From the IMG/VR virus record IMGVR_UViG_2896601577_000006: a stretch of 12,660 nt of DNA. One strand, given 5' to 3'. Under the pieces are notes generated by a model. It worked only from the letters and a program-made list of their open reading frames with translations. It was not told the DNA's origin and ran no database searches. This DNA is from a virus (taxonomy: Duplodnaviria > Heunggongvirae > Uroviricota > Caudoviricetes). Below are positions 1 to 8,265 of this stretch, in pieces. A program made the translations under genes and the position numbers. The first letter of the stretch is position 1. Each line of letters starts with the position of its first letter.

Positions 1-288
1 TCAATGGTTGGCGTCATTATCTTTTTCTCTTTCTGAACGTGAATATTGCGGTGGACGGTTCATCAGCTGTGGGGCAAGACGTTTTGCCACCTGAAGAATA
101 ACCACCACCGCAGCGGGAAGCATGAGCAAAACACCGAGAAAAATCATCAGAATCTGCACTTCTGGCCGAGAAAATGGCTCAGGCAGCGACAGGGAGTCGC
201 TTACCGACAGCAGCGCCACCGCCAGTAGCATCATTCCGATAAATTCCAGTATCAACACGCCTTTAGGCAATTTACCGATCGCGCGCAT
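1..288 (-). CDS. ybjC: small inner-membrane protein YbjC
   Basis: Complete 95-aa ORF (stop at 1-3), two hydrophobic helices, divergent from grxA as in E. coli K-12. Recognised from sequence memory. Confidence 0.85.
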   Translation of the reverse strand: MRAIGKLPKGVLILEFIGMMLLAVALLSVSDSLSLPEPFSRPEVQILMIFLGVLLMLPAAVVVILQVAKRLAPQLMNRPPQYSRSEREKDNDANH

Positions 289-447
289 ACGCTTCCCTCT
301 GCAAAGTGAGCCTTCAGTCTAAAACTTTTCACTGTATTGTGTTTAACAGTTATAGCTTTTAGCAATTAATGCAACAGGTTAAACCTACTTTCAGCGAATA
401 CATTTTAGCGTGATCATTACAGGCATAAATCTATGAGGAGAGAAATA
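289..447. promoter_or_regulatory. divergent ybjC / grxA promoter region (grxA is known to be OxyR-regulated; individual sites not mapped here)
   Basis: AT-rich 159-bp spacer between two divergently oriented genes. Promoter elements not pinpointed from sequence alone. Confidence 0.3.
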
Positions 448-705
448 ATGCAAACCGTTATTTTTGGTCGTTCGGCTTGCCCTTACTGTGTGCGTGCAAA
501 AGATCTGGCTGAGAAATTGAGCAATGAACGCGATGATTTTCAGTATCAGTATGTAGATATTCGTGCGGAAGGGATCACTAAAGAAGATCTACAACAAAAG
601 GCAGGTAAACCCGTAGAAACCGTGCCGCAGATTTTTGTCGATCAGCAACATATCGGCGGCTATACCGATTTTGCTGCATGGGTGAAAGAAAATCTGGACG
701 CCTGA
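448..705 (+). CDS. grxA: glutaredoxin 1
   Basis: 85-aa ORF MQTVIFGRSACPYCVRAKDL... with CPYC active site; GAGGAG Shine-Dalgarno 8 nt upstream of ATG 448. The ORF-track start at 433 is an upstream in-frame ATG without RBS spacing. Confidence 0.95.
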   Translation: MQTVIFGRSACPYCVRAKDLAEKLSNERDDFQYQYVDIRAEGITKEDLQQKAGKPVETVPQIFVDQQHIGGYTDFAAWVKENLDA

Positions 706-714
706 TCGTCTGAC

Positions 715-747
715 AAGCCCTCGCGTTGAGGGCTTTACTGATTTTTT
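715..747 (+). terminator. rho-independent terminator downstream of grxA (overlaps the ybjM stop codon)
   Basis: 8-bp stem AAGCCCTC / GAGGGCTT (715-722 / 728-735) with 5-nt loop, followed by T6 at 742-747. Confidence 0.45.
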
Positions 748-1094
748 CTGTGCTGTGGTTTAAACAAACTACTGATAAATAAGAAACACAGTGCCCCCAG
801 CGCACACCAGAACACCGCGCTTAGTAACCATGCCAGCTCTTGCCAGAATGAGCGCGTCGGTGAAAAAAACAGCCGCATAATGAGCATTGAACAGGGTGCC
901 GCCAGCATTGCGCCAAATAGAGGTTTCAGGACTTCTCTACGCTGTGAAAAGAAACTGGCAACTGCTCCAGGAAGAATGAAAAACAGCAAGCCGATTTCAG
1001 GATGCCCGGCAGCCCGAAAAGCGCCTTTCATGTGCGTCGCCAGAAAAAGGCACACCACAATGAAGAGGACAAAACAGCAGATTGCCCCGCCCAA
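735..1094 (-). CDS. ybjM: inner membrane protein YbjM
   Basis: 119-aa strongly hydrophobic ORF, convergent with grxA and divergent from ybjL as in K-12. Start is uncertain: the longest ORF begins at TTG 1094 with a TAA two codons upstream and no clear RBS; an internal ATG (codon 22) is an alternative. Confidence 0.7.
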   Translation of the reverse strand: MGGAICCFVLFIVVCLFLATHMKGAFRAAGHPEIGLLFFILPGAVASFFSQRREVLKPLFGAMLAAPCSMLIMRLFFSPTRSFWQELAWLLSAVFWCALGALCFLFISSLFKPQHRKNQ

Positions 1095-1380
1095 CGTTGT
1101 TTATGTTTCACTCGTTCCTCCTGACACTGCGTCTATCGAACACATTTTTCGCCAGTGTGGCGTTCAGTAAGATAAAGCCGCTTCGCATTCCATGCTAATA
1201 TAGGCCAACGCAATTCATATAGCCGTTGATACCTAATGTGATTACACTAGTAAAATATATTGTTACTTTACTATCGTTTAGGTGCGCTGAATGAATCTGC
1301 GCCCTGAATTCTGGTAAAAAACATTATCGTAAATTACCATTTCTTTCAACAGCTTACTAGTAAACAAGAAGTTAGCCTCC

Positions 1381-3066
1381 GTGAATATAAACGTCGCCGA
1401 ATTGTTAAATGGGAATTACATTCTGTTATTATTTGTGGTCCTCGCGCTTGGGCTATGTCTCGGAAAGTTACGACTTGGTTCGATCCAACTGGGTAATTCC
1501 ATTGGCGTTTTAGTCGTATCGCTGTTATTAGGCCAACAACATTTCAGCATTAACACCGATGCGCTTAATCTTGGCTTTATGCTGTTTATTTTCTGCGTCG
1601 GGGTCGAAGCCGGACCGAACTTTTTTTCCATTTTTTTTCGCGATGGGAAAAATTACCTAATGTTAGCACTGGTGATGGTTGGCAGTGCGCTGGTGATCGC
1701 CTTAGGGTTAGGTAAGCTGTTTGTCTGGGATATTGGCCTGACGGCCGGTATGTTAGCAGGCTCTATGACGTCGACACCGGTTCTGGTCGGTGCTGGCGAT
1801 ACACTGCGTCATTCCGGCATGGAAAGCAGGCAGCTCTCACTGGCACTGGATAATCTGAGCCTCGGGTATGCCTTAACCTATTTAATCGGTCTGGTGAGTT
1901 TGATTGTTGGTGCGCGTTACTTGCCGAAATTGCAGCATCAGGACTTACAGACCAGCGCCCAGCAAATCGCCCGCGAACGTGGCCTGGACACTGATGCCAA
2001 CCGTAAGGTTTATTTACCGGTGATCCGCGCCTATCGCGTCGGCCCGGAGCTGGTGGCCTGGACCGACGGCAAAAATCTGCGTGAACTGGGTATTTATCGA
2101 CAAACCGGCTGCTACATTGAACGTATTCGACGTAACGGGATTCTGGCAAATCCAGACGGTGATGCCGTGCTACAAATGGGCGATGAAATAGCGTTGGTAG
2201 GCTATCCCGACGCCCATGCCCGACTCGATCCCAGCTTCCGTAACGGTAAAGAAGTTTTCGATCGTGACCTTCTCGACATGCGTATCGTCACTGAAGAAGT
2301 GGTCGTTAAAAACCATAACGCTGTAGGTAAACGTCTCGCACAACTGAAGTTGACCGATCACGGTTGCTTCCTTAACCGCGTCATTCGTAGCCAGATTGAG
2401 ATGCCGATAGATGACAACGTCGTGCTTAACAAAGGTGACGTTTTACAAGTCAGCGGTGATGCCCGTCGCGTAAAAACCATCGCCGATCGCATCGGCTTTA
2501 TCTCGATTCACAGCCAGGTCACTGACCTGCTGGCATTTTGCGCCTTCTTTGTTATTGGGCTGATGATCGGGATGATCACCTTCCAGTTCAGCACATTCAG
2601 TTTCGGCATGGGGAACGCTGCCGGGTTGTTATTCGCCGGAATTATGCTGGGCTTTATGCGTGCTAACCACCCGACCTTCGGTTACATTCCGCAAGGTGCA
2701 TTAAGCATGGTGAAAGAGTTCGGCTTGATGGTGTTTATGGCAGGCGTTGGTCTGAGCGCCGGTAGCGGTATTAATAACGGCCTGGGCGCGATTGGCGGTC
2801 AGATGTTGATTGCCGGATTAATTGTCAGTCTTGTGCCCGTGGTTATCTGTTTCTTGTTCGGTGCTTATGTATTGCGAATGAACCGCGCACTGTTGTTCGG
2901 CGCAATGATGGGCGCACGCACCTGCGCGCCGGCAATGGAGATCATCAGTGATACAGCTCGCAGTAACATCCCTGCGCTGGGCTATGCGGGCACCTACGCA
3001 ATCGCCAACGTCCTGCTGACGCTGGCAGGGACAATCATCGTTATGGTATGGCCAGGATTAGGATAA
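1381..3066 (+). CDS. ybjL: putative AAE-family transporter YbjL with central TrkA-C-like cytoplasmic domains
   Basis: 561-aa ORF with GTG start, hydrophobic N- and C-terminal membrane domains flanking a soluble central region. Sequence recognised as YbjL. Confidence 0.95.
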   Translation: MNINVAELLNGNYILLLFVVLALGLCLGKLRLGSIQLGNSIGVLVVSLLLGQQHFSINTDALNLGFMLFIFCVGVEAGPNFFSIFFRDGKNYLMLALVMVGSALVIALGLGKLFVWDIGLTAGMLAGSMTSTPVLVGAGDTLRHSGMESRQLSLALDNLSLGYALTYLIGLVSLIVGARYLPKLQHQDLQTSAQQIARERGLDTDANRKVYLPVIRAYRVGPELVAWTDGKNLRELGIYRQTGCYIERIRRNGILANPDGDAVLQMGDEIALVGYPDAHARLDPSFRNGKEVFDRDLLDMRIVTEEVVVKNHNAVGKRLAQLKLTDHGCFLNRVIRSQIEMPIDDNVVLNKGDVLQVSGDARRVKTIADRIGFISIHSQVTDLLAFCAFFVIGLMIGMITFQFSTFSFGMGNAAGLLFAGIMLGFMRANHPTFGYIPQGALSMVKEFGLMVFMAGVGLSAGSGINNGLGAIGGQMLIAGLIVSLVPVVICFLFGAYVLRMNRALLFGAMMGARTCAPAMEIISDTARSNIPALGYAGTYAIANVLLTLAGTIIVMVWPGLG

Positions 3067-3178
3067 AACTGAAGTTGCCCTGAAAATGAAATTTTTTTGC
3101 ACAACCGCAGAACTTTTCCGCAGGGCATCAGTCTTAATTAGTGCCACTGCTTTTCTTTGATGTCCCCATTTTGTGGAG

Positions 3179-3221
3179 CCCATCAACCCCGCCATTTCGG
3201 TTCAAGGTTGATGGGTTTTTT
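3179..3221 (+). terminator. rho-independent terminator, probably for ybjL
   Basis: Perfect 10-bp stem CCCATCAACC / GGTTGATGGG (3179-3188 / 3206-3215) with 17-nt loop, followed by T6 (3216-3221). Confidence 0.5.
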
Positions 3222-3279
3222 GTTGTCTGAAATTTATGCCTTTTAAAATCATGATGTTAGAAGCACTGTTTTTTAACGA

Positions 3280-3301
3280 TGGCGACAAAATGGCGGCAGC
3301 G
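3280..3301. repeat. putative prophage att core, ogr-proximal copy (direct repeat of 12621-12642)
   Basis: TGGCGACAAAaTGGCGGCAGCG matches 12621-12642 at 21/22 positions in direct orientation; it ends one base before the ogr stop codon. Confidence 0.55.
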
Positions 3302-3520
3302 TCAAAGAGAGAGCGCCACCTGTCCTGATTTCATTGGATGCGGCTGAACCGGATTTGACTCTTTTGGCGTTGCAATCGAACGAACAAAAGTTTCATGGGT
3401 AACAAAAGTATGGCTGCAGTTAATGTTCTGGCACTGGTTGTAACGCTCTTTGGTCAATGAAGATACCTGAAAACTGCTGCGAGTATGGGCGGCACTTCCA
3501 CACAGTGGGCAAATCATCAT
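3302..3520 (-). CDS. ogr: Ogr/Delta-family zinc-finger late transcription activator
   Basis: 72-aa product MMICPLCGSAAHTRSS...TKERYNQCQNINCSHTF with C-x2-C...C-x4-C zinc finger, aligning with P2 Ogr (MFHCPLC...KERYHQCQNVNC). GGGGAG RBS upstream of ATG 3520. The ORF-track start at 3553 is an upstream extension. Confidence 0.9.
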   Translation of the reverse strand: MMICPLCGSAAHTRSSFQVSSLTKERYNQCQNINCSHTFVTHETFVRSIATPKESNPVQPHPMKSGQVALSL

Positions 3521-3610
3521 TTTTCGAGTTCTCCCCATTTTTGCTAAATTCACAATAATGATACCGCATTATTCCATTTTGCAAGCTTAAAAGTTCTCCA
3601 TTGCGAAGAA

Positions 3611-4711
3611 TCATTCCATTTCGAAATCATCAATCCTCACTTCAAGCTCCAGACTGGTCGTAAAACCGTTATCCGGGCTGACAGTATGCGTCAGAGTCGT
3701 AATGGTCCATTCCGCATCATCTATCGGCTGTTTAAAGCCACTGACCTTCACAGGCATTTCTGTGTAGAGATCTGCCCGCCCTTCCGCCAGTTGTAGCGAG
3801 AATGATGCAACGCCGCGTTGCAGGAGTTCCCACTGCATTTTCGCTGCCCGTTCGGCGTTGCTCCGGTTGGCATAAGTGCGATTAAGTACCAGCACGTTTT
3901 CATCCGTACCCACCAGGTAATCGCCCTGCTTCGCTTCCGGCTCTTTCTTCTGCTTCTTAGTCCTGCGCTTACGCTTCACCGTGGTGCTTTCTTTCTTCGC
4001 GGGTTCGCGGGTATGCAACCAGCTGGCAATGACGCCCGTGTAAGCTCCGCGATCTGCCAGGGTAAAGCGGTGACTGTCGCCGTCCTTGCGTGTGATAGTG
4101 ATCACCGGTAGTGGTTTACCGCTGGCGCTTTTACCCTGCCCCTGCCGGATGAATAACAGATTGCCATTTTTCACCGACGCAATAGCACCGTACTGGCGCG
4201 CCAGCCGCATCAAAAAACTGCCGTCACTCTCATTAGTCTGGTCTATATGCTCCACGAGTTTATCCGACAAGTCTTCACCCAATGCCATCTTCAGTTTGTG
4301 CCGCGCAGCTATTTCCTTCACCACTTCCCCAACGGTGGTCTTGTGCCACGACTTTTCACGGCGGGTATTCAGCGTTTCACGAAAATCAGCACTTCGCGCC
4401 CGGATAGTCAGGCGATCCGGTGCGCCAGTGTGTTCAATCTCGTCCACCGTGAATGCCCCTTTCGGGAAAAGCGGCTGTCCCTTCCAGCCCAGCGCCAGCG
4501 TAATGACAGCCCCACGGCGCGGCAGCACGATTTTTCCATCGGCGTCGTCCAGCTCCAGATCAAGCTGGTCCGCTTCAAAGCCCCGGTTATCCGTCAGCGT
4601 CAGCCCCATCAGGCGGTTGTCCAGCACAGTGGTGATATCCCTGCCTTCAATACTGATGCTGAATGCCGGAGTTTTGTTGCCTTTGTTAAGCAGTTCAGAG
4701 CTGAAATTCAC
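3611..4711 (-). CDS. D: P2 gpD-like tail protein (late control gene D family)
   Basis: 366-aa ORF at the P2 position between U and ogr; start ATG overlaps the U stop (ATGA). Confidence 0.9.
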   Translation of the reverse strand: MNFSSELLNKGNKTPAFSISIEGRDITTVLDNRLMGLTLTDNRGFEADQLDLELDDADGKIVLPRRGAVITLALGWKGQPLFPKGAFTVDEIEHTGAPDRLTIRARSADFRETLNTRREKSWHKTTVGEVVKEIAARHKLKMALGEDLSDKLVEHIDQTNESDGSFLMRLARQYGAIASVKNGNLLFIRQGQGKSASGKPLPVITITRKDGDSHRFTLADRGAYTGVIASWLHTREPAKKESTTVKRKRRTKKQKKEPEAKQGDYLVGTDENVLVLNRTYANRSNAERAAKMQWELLQRGVASFSLQLAEGRADLYTEMPVKVSGFKQPIDDAEWTITTLTHTVSPDNGFTTSLELEVRIDDFEME

Positions 4712-5193
4712 GACAGCAGCCCTCCCACCGTTTTACTGATATCGCTTAAGGCAGATGTTGCCGTTCCCTGCAGATTATTCAGTTGCGCACTGAGATCACC
4801 GAACATATCGGACAGGGATTCATCCACGCGTTTTAGCGACAGGGTGAACTCAATCCGGCGCGGCATACCGTCGCGGAAAAACTCCGTTTTAGTCTGATTC
4901 AGTCCCTCAATCACATACATGCCGTAAATCGTGCCGCTGCCTTCAATCAGGGGCCATGCTTTTCCCTGTTCTGCCATCTGCTCCAGAGCCAGCAACGACA
5001 GCCTGCCGCCCGTTACCTCCGGCATAAGAACACCAGAAAGCGTCAGCATGTCGTTGTCCGGTCCCAGAAACTGCGTTGACGGGCGTCGGTTTACCCGGCT
5101 GTTTGCCGCATGTCGCCAGCTGCGTTGATACTGCAGCTCCTGATACGGCACGGTGCGCAGCATAAACACGTACAATCCCAGCACCATCATCAT
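4708..5193 (-). CDS. U: P2 gpU-like tail protein
   Basis: 161-aa ORF beginning MMMVLGLYVFMLRTVPYQ, in the P2 gene order T-U-D; ATGA overlap with D. Confidence 0.9.
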   Translation of the reverse strand: MMMVLGLYVFMLRTVPYQELQYQRSWRHAANSRVNRRPSTQFLGPDNDMLTLSGVLMPEVTGGRLSLLALEQMAEQGKAWPLIEGSGTIYGMYVIEGLNQTKTEFFRDGMPRRIEFTLSLKRVDESLSDMFGDLSAQLNNLQGTATSALSDISKTVGGLLS

Positions 5194-7663
5194 GCGTCGT
5201 ATCCCCCTGATCGCTGTAGTTACTCCTGGCTTTTGCCTTCAGCCTGCGTTCACGTTCATCAAGCTGGCGGGCCACCTCCCGCGCAATATCCTGCGCACTT
5301 TGTCCTGGCTGCGTTTGAATGATGATCTGCATCGGTGCCTCAATCCGTTGAACGGGCGGCACAGTGGCTGCACGACTCACCATCGCTTCACCGCCTTTCG
5401 CGGGAAGTGCCAAAGGGTGCAACGGTGGAAGCTCTGCTGGCGTAGCAGCAACACCCATCATTCCGGCAACAACGGCAGCCAGTGCAGCTGTATTTCTCCG
5501 GCTGGTCACATTTGCCGGGCCGTTAACAATTTCCGGCCCGTTTTCACCGACGATGCCAAACTGCCCGCGCGGGATATACCCGCCGCTGTCATACATCCCC
5601 GCAAAGCCATATCCCCATGACGGAAAACCACCCGATGGCATCATCACTTTACCGTCTGCATTCACCGTCGCAGGTTGCTGACGCGTCACGCTTTCCGGCA
5701 GTTTCGCCTTTGCGGCCTCTTTACTGACAATGCCAAGTTTCTCCAGCAACCAGGAAACGCCGGATTTCAGGGAGTCCAGCGGATGCATGACCATATTCAG
5801 CCCTTCCGCCAGAGCCTCCCCGAATCGTCGCCCCATTGCCGCTGCACTCTGCAGTTCGGCAGAGGTCGACTTAACGGGCGTCAGCAGATCAGTAAACCAG
5901 CCCCACAGCGCCTGTACTTTGTCGCCAATCCACTGGAACACAGGCTTAAGCGGTTCGAACGCGGCACTGACAGGACCTGCCGCCGCTTTGAATCCTTCCA
6001 CCACGCCACCGAGAAATGCGGTGATGGGCTGCCAGTATTTCCAGACAACCAGCGCCACACCCGCCAGTGCAGTAACCACAAGACCTATCAGACTGAGCAG
6101 AGCACCTAACAGACCAGAGACGGCATACAGGGCAACGCGCAGCATCGCCAGTGGACCGGATGCGAGCATACGCAGCACCGTGCCTGTGGCAGCCAGTCCG
6201 CCGCGTAGTACCGCCAGTGGATTCATAAACATCACAGCAACCGCACGTAAACCGGATAATCCAGACCGCAAAAGTGCAACCGGCGCACCTGCTACAGTTT
6301 TCAGGACATTTCCCGTCAGTGATGCCGTGCGGCGCAAAGACGACAACGGCGCAGTAAGTAAACCTGCAGCGTTGCCCGATGAAGCAAGCCCGCGTCGCAG
6401 CAGTGCCAGTGGTGCGCCAGCCAGCCAGGACAACGCGTTGCTGGTTCGGGTTACTGCTGCCGTAACGGAAGGTAACGTTTTGATACCCAGCACAGAGAAT
6501 CCCAGACGGATGACTGCCAGCGGCCCCAGCACTGCAGCCAGCGCCACCGCTAAGGTGCCGAGGCCCACGGTAACGGCAGCTACCACAGCGGCTACTTTCA
6601 TCAGAGTGCCCGTCAGTTCCGGGTTAGCTTCCACCCAGCGACGCAACGCCCCCGTGACGCTTTTCACCGTGTACAGAATATCCATCAGCGGCTGGCGCAG
6701 CGTTTCCCCCAGGCTGCTGAAGGTGTTCTGTGCTCCGGTTTTGACCAGCAACCACTGAGCAGAAAGTGAATCCTTGTTGATGTCGGATTCTTTCTGCATG
6801 GAACCGAGCGCATCATTGCCCGCAGTCAGTTTTAACTGGCGCTGAAGTTCCGGCAGGTTGTTTGCCAGTTTCGCTGCGTCATCGCCAAACTCTTTACCAA
6901 ACAACATGGTCATGGCAGACAGGCGCTTATCCTGTGGCAGCGCATTCACCTTCTCCAGCACCCGCTGGATAGTTCCCATCGCATCCTTCGTCATCTGCTT
7001 TTCAATCACTTCTGGATTGAGTTTCAGCAGATTCATCCCTTCAAAGAAACTCTTGCTTTGCATGGTGGCAATGGACAATTCACGCACCATCGCGTTTGCT
7101 GCACTGGCTGCAACCTCAGGCGCAGCGCCGAGTGTCAGGAAGGTGGAACCCAGCGCCGCCGCTTTACGATAATCCAGACGGTCAGCCACACCGCCCAGGC
7201 GTTGCATGACATCAATGATGTCCGCCCCTTTCGACATGGCGTTATCATCCAGATAGTTCAGCGCATCACCGAGCTGCTCAATATTGCGGGTAGGGATTTT
7301 GTAGAGCTGGGCGATTTTCCCCAGACTTTCTGACAGTTCATCCGCTGGCAGTTCAAAGGCTGTTGCCGCCTTTGCCGCCGTGCTGGCGAAGGCCAGCAGG
7401 TCACGTTTCTGGTCTTCCCAGCTGTCGTCAGGGTTTGCGACGTTCATGCGCGCACCACCTTCAACCAGTGCGGCGAAGTCCACAGCACCGTTTTCCATCG
7501 GCAACTGTTCGCTGGCAGCCTTGATGGCACCCTGCATTTCGTAAAAACGCGCAGTGCGGTTGCCATTATCGTCACGCAGACCATTGACCTGCTTTGCCAC
7601 ACCTTTCATGGCATCTTCCATGCTGGTATAGCTTTTTACTGCCGCCATCACTGGTGCGCCCAT
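4943..7663 (-). CDS. T: tail tape-measure protein gpT, main/C-terminal reading frame (frameshifted gene; see findings)
   Basis: 906-aa ORF with hydrophobic Ala/Leu/Gly-rich internal repeats typical of tape-measure proteins. The frame is open upstream of the listed ATG to 7798, and at the 3' end it overlaps U by 251 nt. Confidence 0.8.
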   Translation of the reverse strand: MGAPVMAAVKSYTSMEDAMKGVAKQVNGLRDDNGNRTARFYEMQGAIKAASEQLPMENGAVDFAALVEGGARMNVANPDDSWEDQKRDLLAFASTAAKAATAFELPADELSESLGKIAQLYKIPTRNIEQLGDALNYLDDNAMSKGADIIDVMQRLGGVADRLDYRKAAALGSTFLTLGAAPEVAASAANAMVRELSIATMQSKSFFEGMNLLKLNPEVIEKQMTKDAMGTIQRVLEKVNALPQDKRLSAMTMLFGKEFGDDAAKLANNLPELQRQLKLTAGNDALGSMQKESDINKDSLSAQWLLVKTGAQNTFSSLGETLRQPLMDILYTVKSVTGALRRWVEANPELTGTLMKVAAVVAAVTVGLGTLAVALAAVLGPLAVIRLGFSVLGIKTLPSVTAAVTRTSNALSWLAGAPLALLRRGLASSGNAAGLLTAPLSSLRRTASLTGNVLKTVAGAPVALLRSGLSGLRAVAVMFMNPLAVLRGGLAATGTVLRMLASGPLAMLRVALYAVSGLLGALLSLIGLVVTALAGVALVVWKYWQPITAFLGGVVEGFKAAAGPVSAAFEPLKPVFQWIGDKVQALWGWFTDLLTPVKSTSAELQSAAAMGRRFGEALAEGLNMVMHPLDSLKSGVSWLLEKLGIVSKEAAKAKLPESVTRQQPATVNADGKVMMPSGGFPSWGYGFAGMYDSGGYIPRGQFGIVGENGPEIVNGPANVTSRRNTAALAAVVAGMMGVAATPAELPPLHPLALPAKGGEAMVSRAATVPPVQRIEAPMQIIIQTQPGQSAQDIAREVARQLDERERRLKAKARSNYSDQGDTTHDDGAGIVRVYAAHRAVSGAAVSTQLATCGKQPGKPTPVNAVSGTGQRHADAFWCSYAGGNGRQAVVAGSGADGRTGKSMAPD

Positions 7664-7713
7664 TGCCAGCCCTGCAGCCGTGGTGGTGGCTCCGGCACCT
7701 GCAATACGATCCC

Positions 7714-8265
7714 TTACCTCAAGACGCCTGGCGTAAGCCCCCGGGCGGCGTGCATTTTTCGCTGTTGCTCCCCGACACGTCGTAACCTCGCTTCCTGCTC
7801 AGAAAGCTGCCTGTTATAACGCATCGTTTCACGGGTAATGCGGGCCGTCGCACTGGCGCCATCATTAGCTGAAATACCAGCACGATAAAGTTCTGCACGC
7901 ACAAGCGCCGTCTGCTGCTGCAGCTTTTTCTGGCGTTCTTCCAGGCGCTGAACAGCCAGCCGTTGACGGCCCAGAGCAACAACCTGACGTTGCGAAGGCG
8001 GCCCCATCGCTCCCAGTTCCTGACTGAGCAAATTTGCACGCTGGCGGGCATAGTTCAGCCTGTCGCCTAATTTCTGATTTTCTGCCTGCAGCTTTCGGAA
8101 GCTGTCCAGACTGCTCCCGGCCTGATCAAGCTGCTTTATTGCATCGCGGGATTTTTTGACAGCAGCAGCCAGTTCTCTTGAACTGGCCTGCGCGGATCGA
8201 AATGGGCGGGTGAGTTTGTCAACCGCATTAAGAATCACCTGCAGACGCAGGTTATTGTCACTCAT
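7714..8265 (-). CDS. T: tail tape-measure protein gpT, N-terminal fragment
   Basis: 183-aa coiled-coil-like ORF (Q/R/E/A/L-rich) whose ATG overlaps the E' stop (ATGAGTGA) exactly as the T start does in P2-like phages. It ends at TAA 7714-7716 while the next frame stays open. Confidence 0.75.
   Translation of the reverse strand: MSDNNLRLQVILNAVDKLTRPFRSAQASSRELAAAVKKSRDAIKQLDQAGSSLDSFRKLQAENQKLGDRLNYARQRANLLSQELGAMGPPSQRQVVALGRQRLAVQRLEERQKKLQQQTALVRAELYRAGISANDGASATARITRETMRYNRQLSEQEARLRRVGEQQRKMHAARGLTPGVLR

Noticed and set aside
46-2361. Short ORFs antisense to or overlapping ybjC, ybjM and ybjL (46-228, 122-322, 880-1170, 1416-1631, 1763-2149, 2170-2361)
   Set aside because: All overlap recognised conserved core genes on the opposite strand or in another frame and lack translation signals.
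3236-3325. 30-codon plus-strand ORF running from the ybjL flank through the att core into the ogr 3' end (MPFKIMMLEALFFNDGDKMAAA...)
   Set aside because: It is probably just the frame that int uses across the core; there is no RBS and it is too short to call. It would only matter if attB proves to lie in a host small-protein gene.
3420-3614. 64-aa minus-strand ORF overlapping the ogr 5' end and the D-ogr spacer
   Set aside because: It is out of frame with ogr, runs through the ogr RBS and promoter region, and has no homology signal; ogr with its zinc finger is the real gene.
4086-4897. Two ORFs of about 216 aa on the plus strand, antisense to D and U
   Set aside because: They are fully embedded in well-supported P2 tail genes on the other strand, with no start context or recognisable family.
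4943-5193. Reading the 251-nt T/U overlap as a genuine overlapping gene arrangement
   Set aside because: The overlapping T tail has out-of-frame composition, and a TGATGA stop in the adjacent frame sits exactly on the U start, pointing to a 1-nt indel in the C5 run at 5203-5207.
5900-6700. Periodic nucleotide repeats (CGCCAGTGG-like) inside the T gene that could be mistaken for a repeat array
   Set aside because: They are in-frame codon repeats encoding the hydrophobic A-x-G-P-L-A-L-L-R motif of tape-measure proteins, not spacer-repeat units; there are no cas genes or leader.
5730-6758. 342-aa plus-strand ORF, and neighbours 5153-5620, 5364-5681 and 5675-6109, antisense to the tape-measure gene
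   Set aside because: They lie entirely inside the T coding region on the opposite strand, are Ala/Ser/Pro/Arg/Thr-rich low-complexity, and have no RBS. This is typical of spurious antisense frames in GC-rich repetitive coding sequence.
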